A stretch of 63,918 nt of DNA, the filler included, from Hausera hauseri (taxonomy: Eukaryota), in assembly GCA_046269625.1 (NCBI GenBank). It is 12 parts of 12 records of this genome, joined end to end, with 100 filler letters (N's around TTAATTAATTAA, not from the genome) between each part and the next. Parts side by side here need not be neighbours in the genome. Positions count along the whole stretch, not along the records: positions 59,803 to 63,918 come from JBJURY010751320.1; 11 more parts are not named here. The stretch is one strand, 5' to 3'. Under the pieces are notes generated by a model. The model had not been told where the DNA came from. It worked only from the letters and a program-made list of their open reading frames with translations, and did no database searches. The position numbers were made by a program, and so were the translations under genes. This document shows, piece after piece, positions 61,362 through 63,918 of the stretch; within the stretch, counting starts at the first letter, position 1, and the number at the start of each line of letters is the position of its first letter.

Positions 61362-63918
61362 TTACGCGGCCCTGCTCAGGGAATCCGCATTTGCATTCAG
61401 TTTACCGGGTTTATGGACAATAGAGAAATTAAATTCCTGCAAACTGAGTGCCCACCTTTGTAGCCTTGCATTCGAACTGCCCATACTTTTCAGATAGGTG
61501 AGTGGGTTATGATCCGTCTCGATAACAAACCGCTGCCCATCCAGATAATGTTTCAGTCGCTTCAGTCCGAATACTATAGCGGCCAGCTCCCTTTCCACGG
61601 TACTATAATTCTTCTCTGCGCTAGTAAACTTCTTACTAAGGTATAGTACCGGGTGTTCTTCGCCCTTTACCCTCTGGGCCAATACAAGTCCGAGCCCTTC
61701 CTGACTAGCGTCCGTCTGGAGAACAAATTCTAACGAGTAATCGGGGGCATACAATATGGGTTTGCTAATCAATTTGTGTTTCAAATCCTGAAAGGCTTGT
61801 TCGCATTTCTCGTTCCACTCAATCCGCTCCCTCTTAACTTTACCTTTTAGCAGGTCGGTTAGGGGGGCTGCTCTACTACTAAACTGAGGAATGTAATGAG
61901 AATAATACCCAACCAGCCCTAGGAAGGCACGCACTTGTGTTTTATTCTCGGGCCGGGGAAAATCTTCTACCGCTTTAATTTTCACCGCACTAGGGGACCT
62001 GTGTCCCGAACCCACATTGTGCCCTAAAAACTGGACCACCGGTTGCGCAAACTTACATTTAGACACTTTCACCGTCAGCCCCGCCTTAGCCAACCGTCCC
62101 AATACCTGCCCTAAGTGGCTTGTATGCTCCTTCCAGGTTTTTGAAAAGACGGCGATGTCGTCTATGTAAGGTAATGCGAACTCCTCTAGTCCCTCCAAAA
62201 CCTGAGCCATTAATTTACAAAAATAATACGGGGCGCACACCAACCCAAACATCATCTTCTTGGGTACGTAGGTCCCGAAAGGGGTTACGAACGCCGCGTA
62301 CCTCTGCGCCCTGTCCGTTAAAGGTATCTGAAAATATCCTTTCACAAGGTCCATGACCGTTACATAAGGGGCAGAACTGACCCTTTCGACCACCGCCTCA
62401 ATGTTCGGTAAGGGGAAAAACTTAGGAAGTGTCACCGCATTCAACTTTCTGTAATCTACACAGGGCCGAGCTTCTTTTCCGGTGCATTCGACGAGAATCA
62501 TCGGGGAGGTATAGTCCGACTGCCCTATCTCTATTACCCCCAAATTTAGAAGTCTCTTGATTTCTTCCCTTAGGATAGAAATTTGCCGTGGGGACATCCT
62601 GTATGACTTCGACTTTATGGGCTTGTCTGAAGTCAACTCAATGTCCATTTGAATGAGATTTGTTGTACCCGGGTTAGCCGAAAACACGGCGCTCCCTCTT
62701 TCCAGGACCCCCCGTAACTCTCCCAACTGCTGCGAAGTCAACCGCCCCTCCAACTTGCTATCCCGCACAGTGTCTTGAAAATCGAAGTGGGTGCTGGTAC
62801 TCACGGGATAGGAGATTTCCGCGTCCCCTTCCACCTCCTCGGAGACCTCTTCAATCATCATATTTACGTACTCGGCCCGCTGGTGATAAGGTTTAATGAG
62901 GTTAATGTGATAAACTGTGCCCTTATCCCGCCTCTCTGGAAGGTCTACCACATAGTTCGTGTCCGAAACTTTGGCAATTACCGTTCCTGGCCCCACCCAA
63001 TTAACATCCAATTTGCTTCGGCGTGAGGTGGCCAGCACCATGACAAGGTCACCTGGAGAAAAACTTCTTGACACCGCATTCCGGTCATACCACCTTTTCC
63101 GGGTAATTTGACACTCTTCCATTCTTTTCGTCGCCAGCTCCTGACACCTTTTTAGTCGGTTCAGTAAATTCAGAATATACTCCACTACATTGCTGCTTAT
63201 CTCAGGTTCTCCCAACCAATGTTCGAAAACCAATGTTTGCGGAGTTCTCAAATTACGTCCCATTACCAGCTCGGAAGGGCTGTAACCCGTCGATTCATGA
63301 GTGACGCTGCGCCCAGCGAATAAATCCGGTGCTTGGTCATGCACCCGGTCAGCGCCCGACTCAATGCATAAAACCTTGCTCACACGTTTTATCGTTCGGG
63401 GAACTGCCTCGACACGGGTACTCTGGGGATGACTTACAGACGATCTAATCACCCGAATCCCGAAACGCTCAAAAAACGTGGTGGTTAATTCGCTCGTGAA
63501 ATACCGCCCTAAGTCACTTTGAATCTCCTGATACACGTTCGGCCAGAAAAATTGGCGCAAAACCTGATCCTTCGATTTGGTACACCCCAAATGCCCACTC
63601 ACAGACTCGTGACACAATCGCTTGATCTCTTCTCTAAATTTAACTGGGATGCACAGCTGAGTGACTTTATCCCCCCTTTTCGTAACTATTTCTCGAATTA
63701 ATTTCCCATTCTGAATTCGATATTCCTTACACTGCTCGTCTCCCGCTTTCTTCCACAATTCGTTTAGACTCTCACAATCCCTTTGGGCCTTCTCAAACTC
63801 GGTACTATTCACTTGTGCAAGAAACGACCTCTCTCCGTCCATCGCGGGCGGGAGCTCAATTCCCACTTCTACTCCTTCTACCCCCCGTTCCTCGCCTATC
63901 TCCGTTTTATCCTGCGTG
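61362..63918 (-). mobile_element. pol: Gmr1-like gypsy pol with integrase-RT-RNase H order, open to the window edge
   Basis: HESVSGHLG..FFWP, QSDLG, WVGP, YHINLIKPY (integrase) precede RPCVDYRKLN, YIDD (RT) and QTDAS, ERELAA, TDHNPL, NADSLSR (RNase H). Confidence 0.95.

Noticed and set aside
1-63918. A single multi-gene system combining polB, protease, integrase and glycoprotein (virus-like)
   Set aside because: The parts lie on different contigs separated by artificial spacers, so co-occurrence is not evidence of linkage.

Overview
This is not one continuous locus. It is 12 short contigs of AT-rich animal (invertebrate-type) DNA joined by identical 100-nt artificial spacers (44 N + TTAATTAATTAA + 44 N), so neighbourhood across a spacer means nothing. 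Most of the sequence is decayed mobile DNA: several Ty3/gypsy LTR retrotransposons (one with Gmr1-type IN-RT-RH order), a solo LTR, a Polinton/Maverick pPolB relic, a piggyBac relic, a chuvirus-type glycoprotein gene and palindromic/minisatellite repeats. Host genes include a Fat-like cadherin, a divergent Slo/BK channel, membrane mucins (one with a SEA domain), a multi-pass membrane protein and a degenerate NRPS-like A-T fragment. Three signals stand out. (i) A gypsy element has, in place of env, an FN3/WSxWS cytokine-receptor-like type I membrane protein followed by a REX4/ISG20-like exonuclease fold. (ii) An unnamed repeated ORF family occurs four times, and in one copy its middle is replaced in frame by a host exportin-2 (CSE1L) fragment. 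(iii) A shared TGTRGTGCCCAC terminus is associated with Ulp1-protease and PWWP cargo. All family assignments come from motif recognition by eye; no searches were run, and boundaries of decayed features are approximate.
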